Shown: in pieces, positions 19,504 to 29,915 of the stretch | Layout: the number at the start of each line of letters is the position of its first letter | Position numbering within the stretch: the stretch's first letter is position 1 | NCBI GenBank assembly: GCA_963813025.1 | Contig: CAWEXO010000008.1 | Location: 32,001 to 96,000, forward strand | Length of the DNA stretch: 64,000 nt | Direction: 5' to 3' | From: an uncultured Verrucomicrobiae bacterium | GTDB lineage: Bacteria; Verrucomicrobiota; Verrucomicrobiia; Chthoniobacterales; JAFAMB01 | Position numbers and translations under genes: made by a program | Notes under the pieces: generated by a model | Databases searched by the model: none | Told to the model about the DNA's origin: nothing | Seen by the model: the letters and a program-made list of their open reading frames with translations, nothing else

Positions 19504-22152
19504 TTATTTCGGTTTCGTCCTCTGTTGAATCCAAACCGAAGCGACGATTATACCGCCCTTTACGACCAGGGCAGCGGCGTCGGGAACGCCATTGGCCAGC
19601 AAGGTGTAGCGTACCAGCTGAATAATCAGCGCGCCCAATAAAGTGCCGATCACCGAGGCGTAGCCGCCGCTGAGCCGGGTTCCTCCCACCGCGACTGCCG
19701 CGATCGCATCCAACTCCATTCCCAACCCAACCAGATTTGCGTCAGAAGAGGAGTTGATTGCGATAACAATGAGGCCGGCAATTCCGGCGCAAAACCCGCT
19801 TCCGAGGTAAACCAGGCGCTTGACCGTCACGACTGGCACACCGGAGAGGCGGGCGGCTTCCTCGTTTCCGCCAATCGCCAGCACCTGCCGCCCAAAGACC
19901 GTCCGCTTCAGGAGCCAGGCGGCCCCGGCGACCAAAACTACCATCACAACCGCTTGCACCGGAAACCCGAACACGCGGCCGAGCCCGATCCACTGAAACG
20001 AGGGCATGGTGAACACCTGAAGATTTCCATTCGTCAGCACTTGAGCGATCCCTCTTCCGGCAATGAAAAGCACCAACGTGGCAACGATCGGCTGAATGCG
20101 AAAACGAGTAATCAACCAGCCATTGAACCAGCCCAGTAGACTCGCGACGCCGACCGGTACGACAAAAGCCAGCGGAATGCTTAGCGCCAGCGGCAAGCTG
20201 AACCATTTCCCGAGAAAAATGATCGGAGCAAGGGCGCCGGAGATCGCCATCAAGGATCCCACTGAAAGATCGATACCGGCGGTAGCGATGACAAGCGTCA
20301 TGCCCACTCCAACGATTACGATATTGCACACCTGGGTCAGGTTGACGTTGAGCGTCTGCCAGCTTAGAAAGTGGGGCGTGAACACGAGGTTGAACAAGAC
20401 CAGGAGCAGCAACGCTAATGCCGTCCCGTTTCGCCGTACCCAGGAATAGCGCCGGCGGGATGGTTTTACCGGCGGATGAATCGGTGCAACTGGCCTTACC
20501 GGCACCGCGACGTCGGCCGGCGGCTTGGCCGCAACCGGCGCAGCGCCATTCGCGCGAGTGAGCAGCGCCTGTCCGTTGTGTTCCGGGGCGACACCTTCCA
20601 TTCGGCGATCGCCCTGATGGATCGCCGCCGTCCCGTCGGCCATCGCCAGCATGATCGCTTCCTCAGAAATGTGCGGGCGCTCCAGTGCAGCTACCGTACG
20701 CCCTTCCCGGAGCACAAAAACGCGGTCAGAACCCTCGACGATTTCTTCAATCTCCGAAGAGATCATCAAAACAGCCAGCCCTTCCCCAGCCAAGCGAGAG
20801 ATCAATTGTTGAATCTCCCTTTTGGCGCCGACGTCGATTCCGCGTGTGGGCTCATCGAGCAGCAACAAACGAGGACCTAAACAGAGCCACCGAGCCAGCA
20901 GAACTTTTTGTTGGTTTCCGCCCGACAGCTCGCGGATCGGCTGGTCCGGACTCGAACACTTGATGTCCAGCCGGCGAATGAAATCCTCCACCACCGTCCG
21001 TTGCTTCGCGGGATCCACTACCCCGGCCCGGGCCAGTTGTGGAAGAAGAGCCAGAGTGACGTTCTCCCGGACTGACATATCCGGAATGATTCCGTCCATC
21101 TTGCGATCCTCAGTACAAAAGCCAATACGGGCTTTGATCGCCACGGCCGGAGAATCAGGGCGGTACGAAGTAGAATCGTAGAACATCTCTCCGGCGTCTG
21201 CAGGGTCAGCTCCGAAAACCGCGCGCGCCACTTCCGTTCGCCCGGAGCCAAGGAGGCCGGAGAGGCCAACGATCTCGCCTTGGGCGAGCTGAAGGCTGGC
21301 GTCGACCACCTTACGGCCAGCCGCGAGATGGCTGACTGCCAACAACGGTTTTCTCCGATCTGTCAGCCCAGCCTTCTTCGCGGTGCCGAACGCCGTCTGT
21401 TCACCTTCGGCAACATCCAACGCTCGACCGATCATGGTTGTAACCAGGTCAAGCCGGCTTACATCACTAATCCGCCCGGTCAGCACTGTCCGGCCGTCCC
21501 GCATTACGGTTACGGCATCGCAAACGGCATAGAGTTCTTCCAGCTTATGGCTGACAAAGACCACCGACACGCCCGTGCTCTTGAGTTGGCGAATCACCTC
21601 AAAGAGGATCGTAACCTCCTGATCATCGAGCGAAGAGGTTGGCTCATCCATGATGACCAGCCTGGCCTGGAAACTGACCGCTCGAGCAATCGCGACCATT
21701 TGTTGAATGGCTGTTGTATAAGTCGAGAGTGGTTGTCGCACATCGATCTTGATCCGGAAGCGTTCGAGAAGCTCGCCGGCTTCGCGGTGCATCCGGTTCC
21801 AGTCCAGAAAGCCGGACCGGCGGAGCTCGCGCCCAAGAAAGATGTTCTCGGTCACCGATCGATAGGCAACGAGATTGATCTCTTGATAGATTGTACTGAT
21901 CCCGCCGGCCTGCGCCGCTTGGGGTGAATCGACCCGAAAAGATTTGCCGCCAAACCAGATCTCGCCCGCGTCCCGGCTATAGTAGCCGGTCAGGATCTTG
22001 ATCATGGTTGATTTACCCGCCCCGTTTTGCCCGATCAAGGCATGGACCTCTCGGGACGCCACTTCCAGGGAAGCGCCTGACAAAGCGGGCACGCCGTCAA
22101 ACCGCTTTTCGATACCTTGCATCGAAAGAAGCGGTTGGACCTCAGTACTCAC
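19504..22152 (-). CDS. Fused sugar ABC ATPase (two NBDs, YtfR-like) plus permease (YtfT-like)
   Basis: GQNGAGKS, LSGGNQQK and DEPTRG, then a Pro/Ala linker, then AGIDLSVG permease domain. Confidence 0.85.
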   Translation of the reverse strand: MSTEVQPLLSMQGIEKRFDGVPALSGASLEVASREVHALIGQNGAGKSTMIKILTGYYSRDAGEIWFGGKSFRVDSPQAAQAGGISTIYQEINLVAYRSVTENIFLGRELRRSGFLDWNRMHREAGELLERFRIKIDVRQPLSTYTTAIQQMVAIARAVSFQARLVIMDEPTSSLDDQEVTILFEVIRQLKSTGVSVVFVSHKLEELYAVCDAVTVMRDGRTVLTGRISDVSRLDLVTTMIGRALDVAEGEQTAFGTAKKAGLTDRRKPLLAVSHLAAGRKVVDASLQLAQGEIVGLSGLLGSGRTEVARAVFGADPADAGEMFYDSTSYRPDSPAVAIKARIGFCTEDRKMDGIIPDMSVRENVTLALLPQLARAGVVDPAKQRTVVEDFIRRLDIKCSSPDQPIRELSGGNQQKVLLARWLCLGPRLLLLDEPTRGIDVGAKREIQQLISRLAGEGLAVLMISSEIEEIVEGSDRVFVLREGRTVAALERPHISEEAIMLAMADGTAAIHQGDRRMEGVAPEHNGQALLTRANGAAPVAAKPPADVAVPVRPVAPIHPPVKPSRRRYSWVRRNGTALALLLLVLFNLVFTPHFLSWQTLNVNLTQVCNIVIVGVGMTLVIATAGIDLSVGSLMAISGALAPIIFLGKWFSLPLALSIPLAFVVPVGVASLLGWFNGWLITRFRIQPIVATLVLFIAGRGIAQVLTNGNLQVFTMPSFQWIGLGRVFGFPVQAVVMVVLVAGAAWLLKRTVFGRQVLAIGGNEEAARLSGVPVVTVKRLVYLGSGFCAGIAGLIVIAINSSSDANLVGLGMELDAIAAVAVGGTRLSGGYASVIGTLLGALIIQLVRYTLLANGVPDAAALVVKGGIIVASVWIQQRTKPK

Positions 22153-22281
22153 AAGAAAAGTGCCAGTTCTAGTGCCAGTTGGAACCTTTCGGACCTACAC
22201 GAGCTTTGGAGTCTACCGGTCCTATAAGCAAACAGAGGCCCGGGTCTTGGGACCAGGGCCTCGGAATTCGCAACTCGTCAC

Positions 22282-23253
22282 TCAATAGGCTGAAGCGATG
22301 TTCTCTTTCGCGTTCGATGCATCAAAGAGGTGGTCGTCACTCTTGATCCATATCGGCACCTTCTCGCCCTTGGCATAGGCAACGAGAGCGTCGAAGGCTT
22401 TAGGCCCAAGACGCGGATTGCACTCGACCGAAACGCCGAGCTTGCCATCAGCAATCGCCTGCACACCCGCCTTTTCGCCATCGATGCTCACCACAGTGAC
22501 ATCCTGACCGGGCTTCTTGCCGGCCGCTTCCAGCGCGGCAATCGCACCTAACGCCATTTCGTCGTTGTGGGCGTAGACGGCGGTCGCGTCCGGGTGTGCC
22601 TGCAGGAGTGTCTCGGCCACTTGGCGTCCCTTGTCGCGGGCAAAATCACCGCTCTGTGAAGCGACAACCTTCATGCCAGGATATTTCGTGATCTCAGTGT
22701 CAAAACCTTTTTTTCGATCGTTGGCCGGGGACGAACCGGTAGTGCCTTCCAGTTCGATGATCGTCGCTTTCCCATCCGTCTTCTTGGCCAGCCAGTCGGC
22801 CGCACGCTTGCCTTCCTCGATGAAATCCGACCCGATAAAGGTCAGATAATCGCGTCCAGGTTTCGCCACCGGGTCTACTCGACGGTCGAGCAGGATGACC
22901 GGGATACCTGCCTTCTTAGCGGCCATCACGGCCGGTACCAACGGTTTCTCCTCGCGCGGCGCCAGCAGGATTGCATCTACGTGTTGCGCGATCATGCTGT
23001 TGACATCCGAAACCTGCTTCGCGGCCGAACCGGCCGCATCGGTGTAAACCAGCTGCCAGCCGCGTTTGGCGGCCTCTGATTTGACACTCTCGGTCTCGGC
23101 GAGCCGCCACGGATTATTCGATTCGGTCTGCGAAAAACCTATCTTGTAGGTGGCTTTCTCTTTAAGCTTGGGCAGTTGATCAGCCGCGCCAGCCAGGTTA
23201 GCGGTGAAGCCTGCGAGATAGGCCAGGAGGGTTAGTTTGCAGGGTCTATTCAT
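22282..23253 (-). CDS. Sugar ABC substrate-binding protein (YtfQ/galactofuranose-like)
   Basis: IGFSQTESNNPWRLAE, GSDFIEEG, AHNDEMALG and ECNP. Confidence 0.9.
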   Translation of the reverse strand: MNRPCKLTLLAYLAGFTANLAGAADQLPKLKEKATYKIGFSQTESNNPWRLAETESVKSEAAKRGWQLVYTDAAGSAAKQVSDVNSMIAQHVDAILLAPREEKPLVPAVMAAKKAGIPVILLDRRVDPVAKPGRDYLTFIGSDFIEEGKRAADWLAKKTDGKATIIELEGTTGSSPANDRKKGFDTEITKYPGMKVVASQSGDFARDKGRQVAETLLQAHPDATAVYAHNDEMALGAIAALEAAGKKPGQDVTVVSIDGEKAGVQAIADGKLGVSVECNPRLGPKAFDALVAYAKGEKVPIWIKSDDHLFDASNAKENIASAY

Positions 23254-23408
23254 ATTAGAGGGGGTTTTATCAAGGCCGGACAGGGCAACCTGCCCCACAA
23301 TTCCGGTCGCTAATCTTATCTAATGCTGGTCGTTCTGTAAATGTCCGGGGAGAGCTCATCGTCTTGCCGCGCTGGCGCGCATCTCGACCGCTGCGTTGCC
23401 CGCGGTCC

Positions 23409-23420
23409 GTGAACGTTCAC
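23409..23420. promoter_or_regulatory. LacI-type operator palindrome GTGAACGTTCAC
   Basis: Perfect 12-bp palindrome with central CG between the divergent SBP and lacI genes. Confidence 0.7.
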
Positions 23421-23513
23421 AGAACGAACAGTCTTTAAGCTTTCCTTTCCGCCATGTCAAAGACATCCTTTTTATGCCAGGACTCCAGCGGGGCCCTAAC
23501 TTTCACGATCACT

Positions 23514-24602
23514 ATGGCAAAGTTCTCTAACCGGCGAAACAGGAATGCCACGCTGCACGATGTCGCCGCCCTTTCCGGTGTGTCCTACCAGACCGTTTCC
23601 CGGGTCGTAAACAGTTTACCCGACGTGGCCAAACCAACTCGGGAACGCGTACTCCGGGCAATGGTCGATCTGGGTTACCGGCCAAACCTGAACGCCCGGC
23701 AACTGGTCCGGCAGCGGTCCACCGTGATCGGAGTAGTCACCTTTGCTACCGGGCTCACCGGACCTACTCAGATTTTGATAAATATCGAGCAGGTCGCGCG
23801 GAACCTTGATTTCAGTGTGATGTTCTGCGGCATTCTGGAAGAAAGCGACGAGGAGATCACACGGGCGGTTGATAAACTCTGTTCGTACCAGGTCGTCGGC
23901 ATTCTGATTCATCTTCCCTTGGAAGTTAACTTGAACCATCTGCGGGATCTTTGCCGCAACGTGCCGATCGTCGCAGTTGATTCCGATTTCGGCTTCGCCG
24001 CCCCGTCCGCCTTTGTCCACCAGCAGCTTGGCAGCCAGCGTGCCACTCGCCACCTGCTTGAGTTGGGCCATCGTCGAATGTCCTATATCCGCGCGCCGCT
24101 GATCTGGCGAGCCGCTCACTTGCGCTTTCAAGGCTGGCAGAAAGAATTAAAGAAGCATCGACTCTCGCCCGGTCCGATCGGGGACGGCGACTGGTCGGCC
24201 GCCTCCGGCTTCGATGCCGCCAACCGCCTGCTGATCGACTCTTGGGGCAAGTTTACCTGTGTGGTCGCAGCGAATGACCAAATGGCGCTGGGCGCGATCC
24301 GAGCATTCGAGGAAAAAGGGGTACAAATTCCGGCCGACATCTCTGTCGTCGGTTTTGACGATTTGGCCGAGGCCGCTTATCTCCGACCTCCGTTGACAAC
24401 GGTCCGGCAGGATTTCCGCCGCCTCGCGGTCCTGAGCGTTGACCAACTGATAGCCCAGTTAAACGGAGGCCCGTTTTCGGAGAAAGCGCCAGTAATCCGA
24501 CCCGAACTCATCATCCGCCAAACAACCAGGGCGCCCCGCCGAACGGCTCGAGGACCGGGATCGAACGGGCGCCTCGCCGGCCTGACTGATGACCGATGCT
24601 GA
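23514..24602 (+). CDS. LacI-family transcriptional regulator
   Basis: ATLHDVAALSGVSYQTVSRVVN, ANDQMALG and PPLTTVRQ. Confidence 0.93.
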   Translation: MAKFSNRRNRNATLHDVAALSGVSYQTVSRVVNSLPDVAKPTRERVLRAMVDLGYRPNLNARQLVRQRSTVIGVVTFATGLTGPTQILINIEQVARNLDFSVMFCGILEESDEEITRAVDKLCSYQVVGILIHLPLEVNLNHLRDLCRNVPIVAVDSDFGFAAPSAFVHQQLGSQRATRHLLELGHRRMSYIRAPLIWRAAHLRFQGWQKELKKHRLSPGPIGDGDWSAASGFDAANRLLIDSWGKFTCVVAANDQMALGAIRAFEEKGVQIPADISVVGFDDLAEAAYLRPPLTTVRQDFRRLAVLSVDQLIAQLNGGPFSEKAPVIRPELIIRQTTRAPRRTARGPGSNGRLAGLTDDRC

Positions 24603-24670
24603 TGACCGATGACCGATGACTGACTGCATGGGCGCGAGGCGTGGTCAGCACATCGGCCACTCGTATCGAT

Positions 24671-25180
24671 TCACGTTCTTGCTTGAGCTGAAGAAGCCGC
24701 CAGCGTAGCAACCCTGCCCTTCTTCGTGTCGATCGCGAGATAATTGGCTAATGTGTCCCGTTTCAGAAGTTTCCATTCCACGGGAAATGCTCTCTTAGCG
24801 AGTTCGACTTCCTCGACGCCGGATTCAGAGCAGATCTGCAGCTTGGCAAGGGCTTTGTACATTCTGGCTCGACCAATCAGGCGACAATCTCCCGATGACC
24901 GACCATCCCGATCCAGAACCAGATAGGAATAAGGCAGACTGCGCAGATCAATCCCTAGCTCCAGCGCAAACCGGCTCCAATGCGCGCTCCGGTATGCTTC
25001 CTGCGGTGAGAAGAAGAAGTCTCGCAAACCGGGAAATCGCTCGGCTACTTGTCGCGCGGCGATGCCGCTTCCACAACCCAAATCCAACGCCACACCCAAT
25101 AGGAATGTTCCGGGGCGGAGCCGCTCAAGAACAGGTCACGAAGCTCGCGAAGAATGCCCCAGTCAGTTTGCGACCAACAT
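24671..25180 (-). pseudogene. SAM-methyltransferase (Rsm22-like) remnant
   Basis: LDLGCGSG motif I and a short C-terminal piece (YSYLVL..RLIGRAR). Much shorter than a full enzyme, frameshifted. Confidence 0.5.
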
Positions 25181-25189
25181 CGGCTGGTG

Positions 25190-25320
25190 GTAGTGTCAGT
25201 GTCAGTGTCAGTGTCAGTGTTAGTGCCAGCGCCAGTTGTCATCGCTCATCGGTCATCGGTCATCGCTCGTCGGTCATCGCTCATTGGTCATTGGTCATTT
25301 GCCATCGTCATCAGTCATCA
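25190..25320 (+). repeat. Hexamer (GTGTCA)n followed by heptamer (GGTCATC)n arrays
   Basis: Direct reading; the heptamer array is inverted relative to (GATGACC)n at 24586-24625. Confidence 0.9.
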
Positions 25321-25411
25321 GTTAGCGGCCATAGCAAATCGGCCATTTGTTGTTTAATACCAATTCCGCGGTTCTCCCAAGGTTAGTTTGTGGAACGCAC
25401 CATCCTGTAAA

Positions 25412-25690
25412 CTAGTGCACCGTCTCTCATATACTGGTGCCATCGTTGCGTTCAAAATGGGCCGCCGGCAAGGCGCGACGCGGGCGCATATCTGAATGGA
25501 TACGCAACCGAGGAGCAACGCAGCCGCCGGCCCATTTTCAACGCAACCCTTTGGGCCGCGGCCAGTTGGCTGTTTTTCGGCGTTGCTCGCTCGACCCGTA
25601 TGAATTCAGATATGGGCGCTTCGCTCGCGCCTTGAAAAACAGCCAACTGACCTCCGGCGATGGCCCATTATATGAGAGACGGTGCGCTAG
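25412..25690. mobile_element. MITE with IS630-like CTAG termini
   Basis: TIRs CTAGTGCACCGTCTCTCATATA / TATATGAGAGACGGTGCGCTAG (21/22 match); non-coding, highly self-complementary interior. Confidence 0.8.
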
Positions 25691-25770
25691 CTTTGAGCGT
25701 ACCCGAAACTCCCCGGCCGGTGTCAGTGCCAGCGTCAGTGTCAGTGCTAGTTATAACGGTCAACCGCCAA

Positions 25771-26949
25771 TCAGTAAATTTCTACCGTCATGCCGTCTGC
25801 GACTTGATGAATCACCCGGGCCGCATCCCAGTTTGCCAAGCGGATGCAGCCGTGACTGCCCGATCGTCCGATGGTGTCTGGACTGTTCGTGCCGTGAATC
25901 CCTATCCCCGGCTTATTCAAGCCGATCCAGGCGATCCCAACCGGGTTCCGCGGGCCAGGCGGAAGATTGTAATACTCTTCGCTCCGATAACCGTGATTGA
26001 GCATGGCCTCATCCCAGCGGAACCAAGGCATCGTCGCCACGCCTACGATCTTCCAGGTCCCGATGGGCGCCGGAAGCTTTTTTGATCCGGGTGTGATCGG
26101 ATACGATGAGATCAGCTGTTTGCCGTCGAAGATATCGAGCATGTGATACTTCGTATCGATCCGGACCAGGCGCGGACCCTGGATCGGCTTAACGCCCACG
26201 TCAGCGACTTCCTTGACGTCCTCAATCCTGAACGCGGGCACATTGGGAACCCGAACCGTAGCTCCGGGTTTCAACTTCTCCAGGTTCATTCCGCGATTCA
26301 GTTTCACCAGAAAATCTGGCGACGAATGAAAACGTTCCCCCAGAAACTCGCCGACCGACCGGTACGCCATGATTTTCTTTTTCGCTTGTTCCTTGGGCTT
26401 CCAGGGCAACGTAGGATCGACCCTGGCCAGATCGTCGGCGGTCACAGTGTAACTCGAGTAGATCGGAAAAATATGTTCCAGCTCTTTCTGCATCGCGGCA
26501 TCGATCACCCCGGTGGGTTGTTCGCCATTCGCCATCTGATACCGCAGCAGCGCTTTTGCCGTGAACTCGCCCCAACCGCCGTCGATTTTCCCGGGACCGA
26601 AATTCTTCTGATCCAGAAAAATCTGGAGCCGGGTAATAATCTCCTGAGCTGACACCGGCATGGCGCGGACGACTCCACCTTCAGCGGGCGCCAGCGGCGC
26701 TGCCTGCTCGATTACGGGCGTGGCCGTGACCGGTTTATCTTCGGGTGTCGGCGCGCCATTGCCTGTTTTTTCTAGCCCATTCGGAGACGGCGCTTTTTGG
26801 CTCTCAGTTTCCGCTCCCGATTGATCAACCACGAACGGCGTGGTCCGCGGCCCGGCCGCCGGCGAAGGCCGAGACGTCGGAGTCGGCGTTTGAGCGAGAC
26901 AAAGTGATGGACCCCAAAGCGCTGCAATCAACAACTTGCGTAGTGGCAT
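25771..26949 (-). CDS. L,D-transpeptidase (YkuD) with peptidoglycan-binding domain
   Basis: Signal peptide, LQIFLD..FGPGKIDG and GIHGT...SHGCIRL. Confidence 0.92.
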   Translation of the reverse strand: MPLRKLLIAALWGPSLCLAQTPTPTSRPSPAAGPRTTPFVVDQSGAETESQKAPSPNGLEKTGNGAPTPEDKPVTATPVIEQAAPLAPAEGGVVRAMPVSAQEIITRLQIFLDQKNFGPGKIDGGWGEFTAKALLRYQMANGEQPTGVIDAAMQKELEHIFPIYSSYTVTADDLARVDPTLPWKPKEQAKKKIMAYRSVGEFLGERFHSSPDFLVKLNRGMNLEKLKPGATVRVPNVPAFRIEDVKEVADVGVKPIQGPRLVRIDTKYHMLDIFDGKQLISSYPITPGSKKLPAPIGTWKIVGVATMPWFRWDEAMLNHGYRSEEYYNLPPGPRNPVGIAWIGLNKPGIGIHGTNSPDTIGRSGSHGCIRLANWDAARVIHQVADGMTVEIY

Positions 26950-27081
26950 ATTTTATAAATCCCTGCGAATGGGCGGGACTATAGCAACGAAGCTTCAAAG
27001 AGTTCAAGCAGTTCAAGGAGTTCCTGCTCGTGCTCCTGCTCGTCCTCGTCCTCCCAGTGCCAGTGCCAATTGCGCGCACGC

Positions 27082-27143
27082 GTAGCGTCCGGCCACGGCC
27101 GATCCACAATCTGGGAGGTGACGCACGAGGCCGTGCGTCCTAC
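27082..27143 (-). repeat. REP-like family B (GTAGGACGCACGG-CTCGTGCGTC...GCTAC)
   Basis: Reverse complement of 30369-30431. Confidence 0.85.
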
Positions 27144-27163
27144 TCGGAGGATCGTGACCGGGG

Positions 27164-27260
27164 ATGATTTACTTTGATGCGAGCTACCTCGCCAAATGCT
27201 ATCTCAATGAGGCCGGGAGCGTAGCCGTGCGCCGGCTCGCCGCAATAGACCCGCTCCTCT
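27164..27260 (+). pseudogene. VapC/PIN toxin N-terminal fragment
   Basis: MIYFDASYLAKCYLNEAGS.AVRRL (PIN first strand with conserved Asp), then homology is lost. Confidence 0.6.
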
Positions 27261-27263
27261 CGG

Positions 27264-27530
27264 ATGGAGGCGATCAGGGTCGTATTCGAAAACTACGATG
27301 ACCGGAATTTTGGCTACTTACGGCTTTTAGTTGATCCCAAACAACTGCGAATCGAGTATCACCCGGCGTCCGATGGCGAAGCGGCCAAAACTCCGGATGA
27401 TTCAGTAACCGTCGATTTGGCAACTCGGACTATCGTGCGCTATCAACTCCCGGATCAGCAGCAAGCGTCCGCTAGTGCGGCAGCGCGTCCTCGATCGGCC
27501 CAGCGCCACCGGCCGCGCAAAGGCGCTTGA
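27264..27530 (+). pseudogene. C-terminal fragment of a probable metallophosphoesterase-type protein
   Basis: ENYDDRNFGYLRLLVDPKQLRIEYHP...DSVTVDL resembles a phosphoesterase C-terminus; no catalytic domain. Confidence 0.4.
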
Positions 27531-27747
27531 GCAACACAGACTGGAAGGGGTCCGTCGGACTTTGGCTTTCTTTGGGCTAGAAGCGGCTCGGAAATGTCCT
27601 CGCCCTACCGGACGGGAAATACCTGCAATGCTAGGACGAGGACATTTCCGAGCCGGTTGTGACCGTTGGCATTCGCGGCTAGAACGCACGACCTCGTGCA
27701 TCAGAGCTTCTCTGCTATTTGCTATTTGCTATTTGTAATCACGGCCG

Positions 27748-27963
27748 CTAGGCCGTGTGACCGTGCTCTTCGGCGTGATGCTTGGCGGCTTCTTCCGCGT
27801 GATGCGTGGCATGCAGGTGATGACCATGCGCGACATGAGCATGGTGCCCGGCCTTTTCATGGCTGCCGCTGGCGTGATGTTTCGCCGCTTCTTTATGATG
27901 GCGGGCCGCATGTTCATGGTGCTCCGCCGCTTTCGTGTGATGCTCTGCGCTTTGTTGGCTCAT
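27748..27963 (-). CDS. Small His/Ala-rich protein
   Basis: MSQQSAEHHTKAAEHHEHAARHHKEAAKHH...; heptad-spaced His pairs. Confidence 0.8.
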   Translation of the reverse strand: MSQQSAEHHTKAAEHHEHAARHHKEAAKHHASGSHEKAGHHAHVAHGHHLHATHHAEEAAKHHAEEHGHTA

Positions 27964-28075
27964 AGGATTTTTGAAGGGTTGAGGTCCAAACAGCTGCTGT
28001 TCAATCCGTTGAAACGGATTGGGGAGACGGTACGTCCGCTGTCCGATCGGTCAATCAGTGTTAATTACTTTGCGC

Positions 28076-29423
28076 TCAGCCAATCGGCTGATCGGCTAAT
28101 CGGCTATTTGCCATCACGGCCGTCAGGCCGCGCCTACTCGGGACTCCCGACTCGCCACTCGCGGACTCGTAACTACCTATCAACAGCACCATCAGCGCCG
28201 TCAAAAGGCACAACAAACCGGCCCCGCCAAACGCCAGGTTATAATCACCTAGATCCACCCGAATCGCTCCGGCCACCGACGCCGCAAACGCTGCCCCGAG
28301 TTGATGCGCTACGAATACCCATCCGAAGACTAATGCGCTGAGTTCATTGCCGAAAATGCGCCCGCACAACTGTACCGTTGGCGGCACCGTCGCGATCCAA
28401 TCCAGGCCATAGAAAACCGTGAACACGCCTAGGACTGTGCTCGGACCGGTGATGGCCCAAGGCAACATCATGAGAGCGATCCCGCGCAACCCATAATACG
28501 CAAACAAAAGGAAACGCGCGTCCAGCCGATCGGATAACCAGCCTGAAAACGTCGTTCCGAAAATGTCGAAAATGCCCATCACGGCGAGCAACCCAGCCGC
28601 TCTGACCTCCGGCATTCCGGCATCGACACAAGCCGGTACCAGGTGCGTACCGATCAACCCATTCGTACTGGCGCCACAGATGAAAAAGCTGCCGGCCAAT
28701 AACCAGAAATCCCGTTTCGAGCAGGCGATCCTCAGCGTCTGCAAGGGAAGCGCGAGTGCCGCGCGCAGATCGAATTTTTCTCCTTCCACCGGTGGTCGAC
28801 CGGTCCTGGAATCCCCATACGGCACTTCACCGATTTCTGCGGGCGAGCCCCTCATGAAAATGATGATTAACGGAACCGCCGCAATACTGGTCAAGGCAAT
28901 GGCGAGCGCCGCGGCTCCGCCAGCCGTGGTGCACGATCAATGAAGCCAGAAAAGGGAGAAAGATCAGCTGACCTGTCGCGGTGCTTGCGCTCAGCAGGCC
29001 CAGCACCAGCCCGCGGTTCCGCGTAAACCAGCGATTGACCAGGGTCGCCGCACTCGCCATCGCCACCAGGCCGGAACCCGTGCCGACCAGCAAACCCCAA
29101 ATCAAAATCAGGTGCCACACCTGTCTCATGAAAACGGTGAGAAAGACGGCAACACCGAGCAAGACAAAGGCAAAAGCCAAAGTCCGACGCGTTCCCAACC
29201 TTTTTAGAAAAGCGGCCGCGAACGGTCCGCCCAAACCATAAAGGATTAGATTGATCGAAATCGCGAAGGAAATGGCCGTGCGCGACCAGTGGAACTCCTG
29301 TTCAAACGGCACGATAAAAACCGCCGGAGCCGCTCGCACGCCCGCCGCCAGGAGCAGCAACACAAACATCAGCGCCGCGACTATCCAAGCATAGTGGATC
29401 TTGCCTCTCCCTCTCCTACTCAT
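28076..29423 (-). CDS. MFS transporter, frameshift near 28915 (error or pseudogene)
   Basis: IHYAWIV...GVRAAP...NRWF and LLAGSFFICGASTNGLIGTH...GWLSDR in two frames. Confidence 0.8.
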
Positions 29424-29474
29424 CACTGATCGCCAATCACTAATCGCTGATCCCTCGTCCATCGTCCATTGCTT

Positions 29475-29542
29475 CGTTCTCGCGTAGGACGCACGGCTCG
29501 TGCGTCACCTCCCAGAGTACGGACGGGGCTGTCCGCGCTACG
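29475..29542 (+). repeat. REP-like family B copy upstream of vapB
   Basis: cgttctcgcgtaggacgcacggctcgtgcgtcacctcccaga...cgctac. Confidence 0.85.
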
Positions 29543-29657
29543 AAAATTACTCGGTGAGCAGTTTTATGATAGTTTGACGTTAAATATTCCGCCGAGCTAA
29601 TCCCCTTATTTATTGGATAAGCGCACATAAATACGGTATCCTTCTCCGCTTTGTCCG

Positions 29658-29915
29658 ATGAAGACGACGGTGGAAATACCTGATGCCCTATTCAAAGAGG
29701 CAAAAATTCTTGCGGCCGTCGAAGGCTTGTCGATGAAACAATTGATCACCGAATCCCTTCAACGACGGATCGCCGGAGTAACATCGGATGCGAAGATTGA
29801 GCCTCCCTGGAAACAGGCGTTCGGCGCGATGCGCTCTTATCGAAAAGAGAATCGAAGGATCGAAAGAATAATCGAGCAGCAATTCGAACGCATTGAACCC
29901 GAAGATCGACGATGA
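29658..29915 (+). CDS. vapB: VapB-like ribbon-helix-helix antitoxin
   Basis: MKTTVEIPDALFKEAK; ATGA overlap with the PIN gene. Confidence 0.8.
   Translation: MKTTVEIPDALFKEAKILAAVEGLSMKQLITESLQRRIAGVTSDAKIEPPWKQAFGAMRSYRKENRRIERIIEQQFERIEPEDRR

Noticed and set aside
24895..25386. ORFs with SVSVSV / HRSSVIG / TRDSGL repeats (also 7253 N-terminus, 17251, 57640)
   Set aside because: Translations of hexamer and heptamer DNA arrays, not proteins.
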